Assembly (NCBI GenBank): GCA_964552375.1
Contig: CAZKFX010000002.1
Location: forward strand, 1-63,085
Source: an uncultured Candidatus Saccharibacteria bacterium
Lineage (GTDB): Bacteria > Patescibacteriota > Minisyncoccia > Minisyncoccales > CAZJYT01
Direction: 5' to 3'
Length of the DNA: 63,085 nt
This document shows positions 45,170-54,195 of this stretch, one piece after another; position 1 is the first letter of the stretch, and the number at the start of each line of letters is the position of its first letter. Made by a program: the position numbers and the translations under genes. Below the pieces are notes generated by a model. That model searched no databases, was not told the DNA's origin, and saw only the letters and a list, made by a program, of their open reading frames with translations.

Positions 45170-45913
45170 ATGAGAATTGCCTTATTGGGATACGGAAAAA
45201 TGGGAAAGGAATTAGAAAGATTGATTACAAAAGAAAAAAAGCATGAAATTGTCTCAATTAGTTTTAAAAATGAAAAAGAAAAAATTGACACAAAAGGAAT
45301 TAAAAAGGCAGATGTTGTAATTGATTTCACTTCTCCTCAAATTGTTTTAGAAAATATCAAAAAAATTTGTAATTTAAGAAAAAATATGGTCGTGGGAACT
45401 ACTGGTTGGTATCAACATTTAAATGAAGTTGAAAAAATGGTTAAAAAAAGTAATATTGGATTAATTTATAGTCCAAATTTTTCAATTGGAGCAAATATCT
45501 TTTTCAAAATTATTTCCTTTTCCGCAAAACTTTTATCAAATTTTTCAAATTATTATGATGTCTTTGGATTTGAAATTCACCATAGAGGCAAAAAAGATAG
45601 TCCTTCTGGAACTGCTTTAAAAATTGCCAAAGAAATTTTAAAAAATTTCCAAACTAAAAAAACTATACAAACAGAAAAATTAAATCGGAAAATTTATCCT
45701 GAAGAATTGCATTTTGCTTCAATAAGAGGGGGAAGGAATCCAGGATTTCATCAAGTAGTCTTTGACAGTCCTGCTGATGAAATTGTTTTGTCTCATTCTG
45801 CCCACAATCGTGAAGGATTTGCCAAAGGAGCTATTTTAGCAGCTGAATTTATCAAAGATAAAAAAGGTTTTTATAACTTTGAAGAAATTTTTTTAAAAGG
45901 TCGCTTTTTTTAA
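45170..45913 (+). CDS. dapB: 4-hydroxy-tetrahydrodipicolinate reductase
   Basis: Signature blocks: MRIALLGYGKMGKEL (Rossmann motif at the N-terminus), VVGTTGW, YSPNFSIGAN, EIHHRGKKDSPSGTA. The ORF track start at 45152 is the alternative. Confidence 0.9.
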   Translation: MRIALLGYGKMGKELERLITKEKKHEIVSISFKNEKEKIDTKGIKKADVVIDFTSPQIVLENIKKICNLRKNMVVGTTGWYQHLNEVEKMVKKSNIGLIYSPNFSIGANIFFKIISFSAKLLSNFSNYYDVFGFEIHHRGKKDSPSGTALKIAKEILKNFQTKKTIQTEKLNRKIYPEELHFASIRGGRNPGFHQVVFDSPADEIVLSHSAHNREGFAKGAILAAEFIKDKKGFYNFEEIFLKGRFF

Positions 45914-45933
45914 AAAAAAATTTTAAAAAAAAT

Positions 45934-46824
45934 ATGGAAAAAATTGATTTAAAAGGAGCCATTCCAGCTTTGGTTACTCCTTTTAAAGAAGATAAAAGCT
46001 TGGATTTGGAAAGATTAAGAGAATTAATTAGATTCCAAATCAAAGGAGGTGTAGATGGAATTGTCTTTTGTGGAACTACTGGAGAAGGAGCAACTTTAAC
46101 TCCAAAAGAATATCATCAAATTATTAAAGTAGCTAAAGAAGAAATTGGAGGAAAAATACCAATAATTGTAGGAACAGGTTCAAATGATACCCAAAAGGCA
46201 ATTTATCTCTCTCAAATTGCCAAAGAGGAAGGAGCAGATGCTTTATTAATCGTCTCTCCTTATTACAACAAACCTACTCCTCAAGGATTGGTACTTCATT
46301 ACAAAGAAATTGCAAAAGCAGTCAATTTGCCAATTATTCTTTATAATGTTCCATCAAGAACCGGAACAAATATGGTGCCAGAGGTTGTTTTTAGAATAAT
46401 TAATGAAGTGCCTCAAGTTATTGGAATAAAAGAAGCTTCGGGAAATATAAATCAAATGGCCCAAATTTTGAAAAATGCTCCAAAAAACTTTGTTTTGCTT
46501 TCTGGAGACGATGCTTTAACTTTGCCTGCAATGGCTTTGGGAGCTAAAGGTTGCATTAGTGTAGTTGCTAATGAAGTGCCAGAAGAATTTTCTAAACTTT
46601 GTCATTTAGCTTTAGAGGGAAATTTCAAAAAAGCAAGAGAAATTCATTTTAGGCTTTTGAGTTTAATGAAGGTAAATTTTATTGAGACAAATCCTATTCC
46701 TGTAAAAACTGCTTTATCTATGATGGGTAAAACAAAAGAGGTTTTTAGATTACCTCTTTGTCCTCTACAAGAAAAAAACAGAGAGATTTTAGAAAATGTA
46801 TTGAAAGAGCTAAATTTGATTTAA
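45934..46824 (+). CDS. dapA: 4-hydroxy-tetrahydrodipicolinate synthase
   Basis: Signature blocks: ALVTPF, VFCGTTGEGATLT, ILYNVPSRTG, and IGIKEASG (catalytic Lys context). Confidence 0.93.
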   Translation: MEKIDLKGAIPALVTPFKEDKSLDLERLRELIRFQIKGGVDGIVFCGTTGEGATLTPKEYHQIIKVAKEEIGGKIPIIVGTGSNDTQKAIYLSQIAKEEGADALLIVSPYYNKPTPQGLVLHYKEIAKAVNLPIILYNVPSRTGTNMVPEVVFRIINEVPQVIGIKEASGNINQMAQILKNAPKNFVLLSGDDALTLPAMALGAKGCISVVANEVPEEFSKLCHLALEGNFKKAREIHFRLLSLMKVNFIETNPIPVKTALSMMGKTKEVFRLPLCPLQEKNREILENVLKELNLI

Positions 46825-46828
46825 AAGA

Positions 46829-48019
46829 ATGGCAAAAATTAATCCCAATTTTAAAAAACTTCCTCAAAACTACTTATTTTCTGAGATCAAAAAGAAAAAA
46901 CAAGAATATTTAAAAAAGCATCCCAAAGCTGAAATTTATGATTTAAGTATTGGAGATACTACTCAACCTATTGTTCCTTCAGTAATTGAGGGTTTAAAAA
47001 GAGGAGTTGAAAAATTGGCAAAAAGAAAAACTTATACAGGATATGGTCAAACAGAAGGAAATATTAAATTAAGGAAAGCTATCTCTAAATTTTATCAAAA
47101 AAGAGGAGTAAAAATTTCACCTTCTGAAATTTTCATTTCAGATGGCGCAAAAACAGATTGTGCTAATATTAGCTCTCTTTTTTCACCAAAAAGTAAAATA
47201 GCTATTTGTGATCCAGTTTATCCTGTTTACAGAGATGCTAATCTCTTTTGGGGAAAGAAAATAATTTATTTGCCCGCAACGAAAGAAAATTCTTTTTTAC
47301 CCAAAGTTCCCAAACAAAAAGTAGATTTAATTTTTTTGTGTAGTCCCAACAATCCAACGGGAGCAGTAATGACAAAATCTCATTTAAGAGATTTTATAAA
47401 ATACGCTATAGAAAACAAAGCAATCATAATTTTTGATGCTGCCTATTCAGAATTTATTCAAGACAAAAATCTCCCAAAAAGTATTTATCAAATTGAAGGA
47501 GCAAAAAAATGTGCCATTGAAATTCAGAGTTTTTCAAAATCAGCTGGATTTACAGGAGTAAGATTGGGTTGGACGATTGTTCCTAATGAATTAGAAACTG
47601 AAGATGTTTTTGAAAAAGGTAAAATCAACTCTTTGTGGCAAAAGAGACAATCTATAATGTTTAATGGAGCATCAAATATTTCTCAAGAAGGAGGATTGGC
47701 AGTTTTGTCTTCAAAAGGACAAAGAGAAACCAAAAAACAAATTAAATATTATTTAGAAAACGCAAAAATTATCAAAGATGGTTTAAGATCTTTAAAGTTA
47801 GAAGTTTTTGGAGGTGAAAATTCACCTTATTTGTGGGTAAAATGTCCTAAAAATCTTACCTCATGGCAATTTTTCAAAGAGCTTTTAGAAAAAGCTAATG
47901 TAATTTGTGTTCCAGGAGAAGGATTTGGAAAATATGGAAAAAATTATGTTAGGTTTTCAGCTTTTGCTCTGAGAGAAAAAATAAAAAAGGCAATCAGAAA
48001 TATCAGAGAAAATTTATAA
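46829..48019 (+). CDS. dapL: LL-diaminopimelate aminotransferase (DapL type)
   Basis: N-terminus INPNFKKLPQNYLFSEIKKKKQEYLKKHP, plus LSIGDTTQP, YTGYGQTEGNIKLRKAIS, IFISDGAKTDCANI, CDPVYPVYRDAN and SFSKSAGFTGVRLGW (PLP Lys). Confidence 0.85.
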   Translation: MAKINPNFKKLPQNYLFSEIKKKKQEYLKKHPKAEIYDLSIGDTTQPIVPSVIEGLKRGVEKLAKRKTYTGYGQTEGNIKLRKAISKFYQKRGVKISPSEIFISDGAKTDCANISSLFSPKSKIAICDPVYPVYRDANLFWGKKIIYLPATKENSFLPKVPKQKVDLIFLCSPNNPTGAVMTKSHLRDFIKYAIENKAIIIFDAAYSEFIQDKNLPKSIYQIEGAKKCAIEIQSFSKSAGFTGVRLGWTIVPNELETEDVFEKGKINSLWQKRQSIMFNGASNISQEGGLAVLSSKGQRETKKQIKYYLENAKIIKDGLRSLKLEVFGGENSPYLWVKCPKNLTSWQFFKELLEKANVICVPGEGFGKYGKNYVRFSAFALREKIKKAIRNIRENL

Positions 48020-48463
48020 AAAAGTAATTTGGCGAAAATTTTTTGAAATTATTTTAAATTCCAACCAAAAAATATCCTTTGGTAGAATATTTTTAATTTT
48101 TTGAGCCCATTCAATTGCTATCAGATTTTGAGAATTTGAAATCATTTCTTTAAATCCCAATTTTAAAATTTGTTCTGGATCTTCAATTCGATAGCAATCA
48201 ATATGAAAAAAATTTTTAATTTTAAATTTTTTACTTTTTATTTTGTATTTTTTAATTATCAAAAATGTAGGACTAAAAACATTTTCTTTTATTTCCAAAG
48301 CCTCTGCCAATCCCTTCAAAAAAGTTGTTTTACCGCTTCCCAAACTTCCTGAAAGGGCAATTAAAACAGCTTTTTTTGATTTTTTATTTTTCAAAATTTC
48401 TTTTAACAATCTTTTTGCCAATTTTTTTGTGTCTGATGGGCTTTTAGTAATAAATTTGACCAT
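48014..48463 (-). CDS. tsaE: tRNA t6A37 biosynthesis ATPase TsaE
   Basis: Signature blocks: LSGSLGSGKTTFLKGLAEAL, SPTFLIIKKY, HIDCYRI. I prefer the start at 48463 (MVKFITKSPSDTKKLAKRL) over 48502. Confidence 0.85.
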   Translation of the reverse strand: MVKFITKSPSDTKKLAKRLLKEILKNKKSKKAVLIALSGSLGSGKTTFLKGLAEALEIKENVFSPTFLIIKKYKIKSKKFKIKNFFHIDCYRIEDPEQILKLGFKEMISNSQNLIAIEWAQKIKNILPKDIFWLEFKIISKNFRQITFL

Positions 48464-48502
48464 GAAAGAAAAATAAGGTAAATTAATACAATAAAATATC
48501 AT

Positions 48503-49825
48503 ATGGTTACAGAAAGAGCAAAAATTACAGGAGAGGTAGAAATTCCAGCTCCGATATTAAAAGAAATAAGAGAACAAATAAAAAATCTTTTAAAGTTGCA
48601 AGAGAAAATTATAGAATGTATTAATAGAAGAAATTTTAGCACCAGTGAATTAATGGCTATTGTGCTAGCAGGAGCTATAGCTTTAAATGCTTCTGATATT
48701 CATTTTGAGCCTCAAGAAAAGAAAATAAGACTGAGAATGAGAATAGATGGAATATTACACGATGTGGTAGATTTTGATCCTAAAATTTATCAAAGAATTA
48801 TTTCAAGAGTAAAACTTCTTTCAAAATTAAAATTAAATATTACTACCCAACCTCAAGATGGAAGATTTACTATTTTGATGGGAGAAACTGTAATTGAAAT
48901 TAGAACCTCTATTTTACCTGCTGAATGGGGAGAGGCAATTGTAATGAGAACTTTAAATCCAGAAAATTTATTAGAAATTGAAGCTTTGGGATTGAGAAAA
49001 GATTTAGTTGAAATTTTCAATAGAGAAATTAGAAGACCCAATGGAATGATAATTGTTACAGGACCTACAGGTTCAGGAAAAACAACTACTCTTTATGCAG
49101 TTTTAAAAAGAATAAACAGCCCTGAAGTAAAAATTATTACTCTTGAAGATCCAGTAGAATATCATTTGGAAGGAATTTCTCAAACTCAGATAGATCCCAA
49201 AAGAGGTTATACTTTTGCCAGTGGTTTGAGAGCCATTTTAAGACAAGATCCTGATGTTATCTTAGTGGGCGAAATGAGAGATTTAGAAACAGCAGAAATT
49301 GCTTGTCAAGCTGCTTTAACAGGACATTTGGTATTTTCTACTTTACATACAAATGATGCTGCTGGAGCAGTAGCTAGATTAATAGATTTGGGAGTAAAAC
49401 CTGTCACTATTGCTCCTGCTTTAAATATGGTAATTGCTCAGAGATTGCCAAGAAGGGTATGTAAAAAATGTTTTCAATGGAAAGAACCTACAGAAAAAGA
49501 AAAAGAGAAAATAAAAAGAGGATTGAAAGATGTAAAAAAAGAAATTTTACCTTCTTCTTTTCTTGAAGGAAATTTTAAAATTCCAAAGGCTATAGGTTGT
49601 GAAGATTGTAATTTTACTGGCTATCGGGGAAGGATTGGAATTTATGAATTTTTTTTGGTAGATGATGAAATGGAAAGGTTTATTTTAAAATCTCCTTCAA
49701 TTGTAGAAATGAGAGAACTGGCAATAAAAAAAGGAATGGTTTTAATGCATGCAGACGGTTTAATTAAGGTCTTGGAAGGAATTACTACTTTAGAAGAAAT
49801 AGAAAGGGTAACTGGAGAAAGTTAA
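48503..49825 (+). CDS. GspE/PilB-family type II/IV secretion (pilus assembly) ATPase, short form
   Basis: Signature blocks: ASDIHFEP, VTGPTGSGKTTTLYA (Walker A), ILVGEMRDLETA, TGHLVFSTLHTN (His box), and a CKKC...CEDC tetracysteine. It has no long N-terminal GSPII domain. Confidence 0.88.
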   Translation: MVTERAKITGEVEIPAPILKEIREQIKNLLKLQEKIIECINRRNFSTSELMAIVLAGAIALNASDIHFEPQEKKIRLRMRIDGILHDVVDFDPKIYQRIISRVKLLSKLKLNITTQPQDGRFTILMGETVIEIRTSILPAEWGEAIVMRTLNPENLLEIEALGLRKDLVEIFNREIRRPNGMIIVTGPTGSGKTTTLYAVLKRINSPEVKIITLEDPVEYHLEGISQTQIDPKRGYTFASGLRAILRQDPDVILVGEMRDLETAEIACQAALTGHLVFSTLHTNDAAGAVARLIDLGVKPVTIAPALNMVIAQRLPRRVCKKCFQWKEPTEKEKEKIKRGLKDVKKEILPSSFLEGNFKIPKAIGCEDCNFTGYRGRIGIYEFFLVDDEMERFILKSPSIVEMRELAIKKGMVLMHADGLIKVLEGITTLEEIERVTGES

Positions 49826-49847
49826 AAATTAAAAAATTTACAAATAT

Positions 49848-50582
49848 ATGAGTGGTCATTCTCACGCAAAAAATGTAAAGAGAATAAAAGAGGCTGATGC
49901 GAAAAAGAGAAGTAAAATTTTCTCTAAAATTTCTCGTTTAATTTTAGTAGCTGTTAGAGAAGGAGGACCAAACCCTGAAATTAATTCCAAATTGCGTTTG
50001 GCAATAGAAATGGCAAGGCAGTTTAACATGCCAAAAGAAAACATTGAAAGGGCAATAAAGAGAGCTGTAGGTGAAAGAGAAGGAGAAAAATTAGAAGAAA
50101 TTTGTCTTGAAGCTTTAGGTCCTGGAGGAGTAGCAATTATTATTGAAGGAATTACAGATAACAAAAGAAGGACTTTAAATGAAATTAAACAAATTTTAAG
50201 TGAAAATCAAGGAAAATTAGTAGCTGAGGGAGGAGTAAAATGGATGTTTGAAAAAAAAGGATGCATTTGTGTTAACTCTAAAGAACCTCCTAACAATCAA
50301 AAAAATAAAGAAGATTTAGAATTAATAGCAATTGAAGCTGGTGCCCAAGATCTTTATTGGGAAAAAGATATTTTGGAAATATATACTGAAATTAAAGATT
50401 TAGAAAAAGTGAAAAAAGAATTAGAAAATAGAGGAATAAAAGTAGAATCTGCAACATTAGACTGGGTACCAAAAGAAAGAATTAAAGTAGATGAAAACAC
50501 AAAGAAAAATTGTGAAAAATTATTTTTTGCTTTAGATGAAAATGATGCAGTTCAAGAAATTTATTCAAATTTAAAATTATGA
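49848..50582 (+). CDS. yebC: YebC/PmpR-family transcriptional regulator
   Basis: MSGHSHAKNVKRIKEADAKKRSKIFSKISR and the family-typical length of 244 aa. Confidence 0.92.
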   Translation: MSGHSHAKNVKRIKEADAKKRSKIFSKISRLILVAVREGGPNPEINSKLRLAIEMARQFNMPKENIERAIKRAVGEREGEKLEEICLEALGPGGVAIIIEGITDNKRRTLNEIKQILSENQGKLVAEGGVKWMFEKKGCICVNSKEPPNNQKNKEDLELIAIEAGAQDLYWEKDILEIYTEIKDLEKVKKELENRGIKVESATLDWVPKERIKVDENTKKNCEKLFFALDENDAVQEIYSNLKL

Positions 50583-51580
50583 AAAAAACTTTAAAACAAA
50601 TTTTACAATTTCAATCTTTATGGCTTTTTATTTTTTTAATTTTAATTTTAACTTTTGTCTTAAATCCAAAAGAGAAAAAAAATTTTAATCCACCTTCTTT
50701 TTATCTTCAAACTCCTTCTCAAGCCAGTTTAATGCTAAAACCTAAAATTTCAAATTATTTTTTATCTCTTGAGCTTCCTTTAGTTAAAAAAAATAGTTTA
50801 AAATCTATCTCTCCTCCTTATCTCTTCCAGCCAGAAACTTTAGGAATTAAAGTAGGAAAAGAAAATTTTGAGAAAAATGAGATTAAAAAATATATTGTTA
50901 AAAAAGGAGATACCATTTGGTCAATTGCTGAAAAATTTAAAATCTCTCCTCAAACTATAAAATGGGCAAATAGTCTTGAAAGTTCTTTAATTTTACCAGG
51001 CCAAAAATTAATTATTCTTCCTGTAGATGGGGTTTTACATATAGTTAAAAAGGGAGATACTGTAAGTGAAATAGCCAAAAAATATAAAGTGAAACCAAAA
51101 GAAATTATTGAGTTTAATAACCTTTCTCCAGATGGAAAGTTATTTGTTAATGAAGTTTTAATTATTCCTGGAGGTAAAATACCAACAAAAAAGAGCACTC
51201 TAAAAGAGAATAAAAAAAGTAAATTTAATGTCTCAAAAGAAAAATTTTATTATCCGTGGGGTTATTGCACATTTTGGGTAGAATATAAATGGAAAAAAAA
51301 CCATCACAGAACAGTTCCTACTTCTTGGGGGAATGCTAAAAATTGGCTAAAGAGAGCAAAAAATCAAGGATATAAAGTCTGTTTTGGAAGAAATTGTCCC
51401 CCAAAAGTAGGAGCTATTATTTCTTTGAAAGTTTCTAACCCTTTAGGGCATGTAGCTTATGTGGAAGATGTAAAAGGAAATGTTGTAATTTTTTCTGAAA
51501 TGAATTATTATGGATTTGGAAAAATGAATTATAGAAGATTAAAAATAGGAGACAAAAGAATTTTAGGATATATTTATTAA
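50579..51580 (+). CDS. Secreted peptidoglycan hydrolase: two LysM domains plus a C-terminal CHAP domain
   Basis: N-terminal signal/TM segment (LWLFIFLILILTFVL). LysM repeats: YIVKKGDTIWSIAEKFKISPQTIKWANSL and HIVKKGDTVSEIAKKYKVKPKEIIEFNNL. CHAP-like blocks: WGYCTFWVEYKW (Cys) and LGHVAYVEDV (His). Confidence 0.8.
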   Translation: MKKTLKQILQFQSLWLFIFLILILTFVLNPKEKKNFNPPSFYLQTPSQASLMLKPKISNYFLSLELPLVKKNSLKSISPPYLFQPETLGIKVGKENFEKNEIKKYIVKKGDTIWSIAEKFKISPQTIKWANSLESSLILPGQKLIILPVDGVLHIVKKGDTVSEIAKKYKVKPKEIIEFNNLSPDGKLFVNEVLIIPGGKIPTKKSTLKENKKSKFNVSKEKFYYPWGYCTFWVEYKWKKNHHRTVPTSWGNAKNWLKRAKNQGYKVCFGRNCPPKVGAIISLKVSNPLGHVAYVEDVKGNVVIFSEMNYYGFGKMNYRRLKIGDKRILGYIY

Positions 51581-51582
51581 GA

Positions 51583-53115
51583 TTAAACAAAATTTTCCTC
51601 TCTTAATCTAAAAGATAAAGCCTCAGCTACATGAGAATATAAAATTTTTTCTGATTCTTCTAAATCTGCAATAGTTCTCGCTACCTTTAAAATCCGGTGA
51701 TAACCCCTAACAGATAACTTTCCTTTATCGACAAATTTTCTCAAAAGAGTTTGAGATTTATTATCAATCGCACAATATTTTTCAATTTTTGAAAGAGAAA
51801 TTTGAGAATTAAGAGAAAATTTCTCTTTTTTATATCTTTCTTTTTGAATTTCTCTTGCTCTTGCTACTTTTTCTTTTATTTTTTCTGAACAAAATTTTTT
51901 CTCTTTATTTATCAATTCTTCAAATTCTACTTTAGGAACTCTAATAAATAAATCAATTCTGTCCATTAAAGGACCCGACAATTTTCTTTGATACATTCTT
52001 ATTTGAGAAATACTACAAGTGCAAGTTCCCTCTTCGTCTCCATAATATCCACAAGGGCAAGGATTAGAAGCTGCAATAAGAGTAAAACTAGCAGGAAAAC
52101 AAACACTTTGACGAGCCCTTAAAATAGTAATTTTCCCTTCTTCTAGGGGTTCTCTGAGAGATTCTAAGACATCACGATGGAATTCTGGAAATTCATCTAA
52201 AAATAACACTCCTCTGTGAGCTAAAGTAATTTCTCCTGGACGTGGAGGATTTCCTCCACCAATAAGAGCTACTTCAGAAGCAGTGTGATGAGGAGCTCTA
52301 AAGGGCCTTTGCCAAAAGAATGGATTTTCAAAAGACAAAAGTCCGGCAATGCTATAAATTTTTGTCACCTCTATTGCTTCTTTAAAAGAAAGCGGAGGCA
52401 AAATAGAAATGATAGATTTTGCCAAAAGAGTTTTCCCAGTTCCTGGAGGACCTATCATTAAAAGATTGTGACCTCCTGAAGCTGAAATTTCTAAAGCTCT
52501 TTTTGCAAAACTTTGTCCTTTTATATCTCTCAAATCAATACAATTTTCAGTTTTAAAAATAAAGTTTTCAAGAGAAGTTTTTGTAGGTAAAATTTTTATT
52601 TTCCCTTCTAAATAATTTATTGTCTCTCTTAAATCTCTCACTCCAATTACTTTTATTCCTTCTATTAAACCCGCTTCTAAAGCATTTTCTTTTGGTAAAA
52701 TTATCTCTGAAAATCCTTTTTCTTTTCCTAAAATAGCAAAAGAAAGGGCTCCTTTAATAGGTCTTAACCTTCCATCTAAAGCTAATTCTCCCAAAAATAA
52801 TCTTTTTGAACTATCAAAATTTATTTTTTTCTCAGCTAAAAGATATCCTAAAGCAATTGGCAAATCATAAATTGACCCTTCTTTTTTTAAATCAGCGGGA
52901 GCTAAAGAAACCAAAACCTTTATTGGTTGAGAATGAGGAGAAAGAAACCCTGAATTTTCTAAAGCTGAGGCTACTCTTTCTTTTGCTTCTTGAACCGCTT
53001 TGTCAGGCAAACCTACAATATTAAAAGAACGAAGTCCAAAAGAAGTTTCAGTTTCTACTTCAATAATTTGGGCTTTTAGCCCAAAGACAGCACCAGAGAA
53101 AACTTTTGAAGGCAT
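51583..53115 (-). CDS. comM: Mg-chelatase-like AAA+ protein ComM/YifB
   Basis: Lon-like N-domain (GLPDKAVQEAKERV), MIGPPGTGKTLLAK, GVLFLDEFPEF and the Cys cluster NPCPCGYYGDEEGTCTC. Confidence 0.92.
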   Translation of the reverse strand: MPSKVFSGAVFGLKAQIIEVETETSFGLRSFNIVGLPDKAVQEAKERVASALENSGFLSPHSQPIKVLVSLAPADLKKEGSIYDLPIALGYLLAEKKINFDSSKRLFLGELALDGRLRPIKGALSFAILGKEKGFSEIILPKENALEAGLIEGIKVIGVRDLRETINYLEGKIKILPTKTSLENFIFKTENCIDLRDIKGQSFAKRALEISASGGHNLLMIGPPGTGKTLLAKSIISILPPLSFKEAIEVTKIYSIAGLLSFENPFFWQRPFRAPHHTASEVALIGGGNPPRPGEITLAHRGVLFLDEFPEFHRDVLESLREPLEEGKITILRARQSVCFPASFTLIAASNPCPCGYYGDEEGTCTCSISQIRMYQRKLSGPLMDRIDLFIRVPKVEFEELINKEKKFCSEKIKEKVARAREIQKERYKKEKFSLNSQISLSKIEKYCAIDNKSQTLLRKFVDKGKLSVRGYHRILKVARTIADLEESEKILYSHVAEALSFRLREENFV

Positions 53116-53126
53116 AATTTATCACT

Positions 53127-54191
53127 TTACTCTTGATTGTTTTGCTCATTTTTTTTCTCTTTTTCCACCTCCTTGAGAATATCTTCAAATATTTTTTCTT
53201 TTCTTTGAAATTCTTGATCGAGCTTTTCTTCTTTTTCTCCTTCTTTTTCTTTATTCTCTAATTTTTCATCCTTTTTTTCTTGTGGTAATTTTTCTTTTTC
53301 TTCTTCTATCTTCTCTTTCTCTTCTTTTTTTTCTTTTTTCTCTAATTCTTCTTTCTCTGATAAAGAAAGTTTCAAGGGTGGTTTTTCTAATCTTTCCAAT
53401 TTAGCTCTTAATTCTTCCAATCTTTCTTCTAATTTTTCTTCTTTTTCCAAAAAAGTTTGATATTTTTCTTGATTTTGTTTTAATTTTTCAGACAAATTTT
53501 TGAATGTTGTATTTAAACTCCATTTTCTTTCTTCTATTTTTTCTCTTTCTTTTTCTTTCTCTCTCCTTTCTTTTTCTATCTCTGTTTCTTTTTTTTCTAT
53601 TTCAAAAAGTTCTCTTTCAATAGCCTCTTCTTGGGTTTTAATTTGTGAAAGTTGTCTTTCTATCTCTCTTTTTTGTTTAGAAATTGCTGCTATTTGATCT
53701 CCTAAAGGAGTAAGTGTGTTTTCAATCTTTCCCATTTCTTCTTCTACTTTTGCAATTTCCAATTTTAAATTTATTTTCTCTAATTGTTCCCTCAACACTT
53801 TTTCTTCATTCAATATTTTTTTGTAATCTGTCTCAATTTCTGCGTATTTTCTTTCCAAATCTCTAATTTCCTCTCTAACTCGCCATTTGTCTTGTTCAGT
53901 AAGATGAAGGGTGTCTGAAATTTTGTGTCTTTCTCTTTCCCATTTTTGTCTTTCTTCAGAAGTTTTAGCCTCTCTCTCTTTTTGTTCAATTTCTCTCTTT
54001 TTTTCTTCCAAACTCTCTTCTTCTTTTAAAATTAATCTTAACTCCTCTCTTAATCTTGCTAATTCTTTCTCAATAGGAAGACGTTTTTTTCTTTCTTCTA
54101 TTCTCTTTTTCTCCAATTCTAAAGATTTTAATTTTTCTTCTAATACAATTTTTTCTTCTTTTAATTTTAAAATTAAATTATCTTTTGGCAT
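53127..54191 (-). CDS. E/K/R-rich coiled-coil protein (paralog of the upstream gene)
   Basis: 354 aa, almost entirely charged heptad-like sequence with no TM segment. It shares Trp-containing blocks with its neighbour (EERQKWERERHKIS...QDKWRVREEIRDLERK; EKIEERKWS). Confidence 0.6.
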   Translation of the reverse strand: MPKDNLILKLKEEKIVLEEKLKSLELEKKRIEERKKRLPIEKELARLREELRLILKEEESLEEKKREIEQKEREAKTSEERQKWERERHKISDTLHLTEQDKWRVREEIRDLERKYAEIETDYKKILNEEKVLREQLEKINLKLEIAKVEEEMGKIENTLTPLGDQIAAISKQKREIERQLSQIKTQEEAIERELFEIEKKETEIEKERREKEKEREKIEERKWSLNTTFKNLSEKLKQNQEKYQTFLEKEEKLEERLEELRAKLERLEKPPLKLSLSEKEELEKKEKKEEKEKIEEEKEKLPQEKKDEKLENKEKEGEKEEKLDQEFQRKEKIFEDILKEVEKEKKNEQNNQE

Positions 54192-54195
54192 TTTT

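Noticed and set aside
45109-45330. 73-aa minus-strand ORF across the dapB start
   Set aside because: It is antisense to dapB and crosses the divergent promoter region. The translation is hydrophobic and low-complexity with no support.
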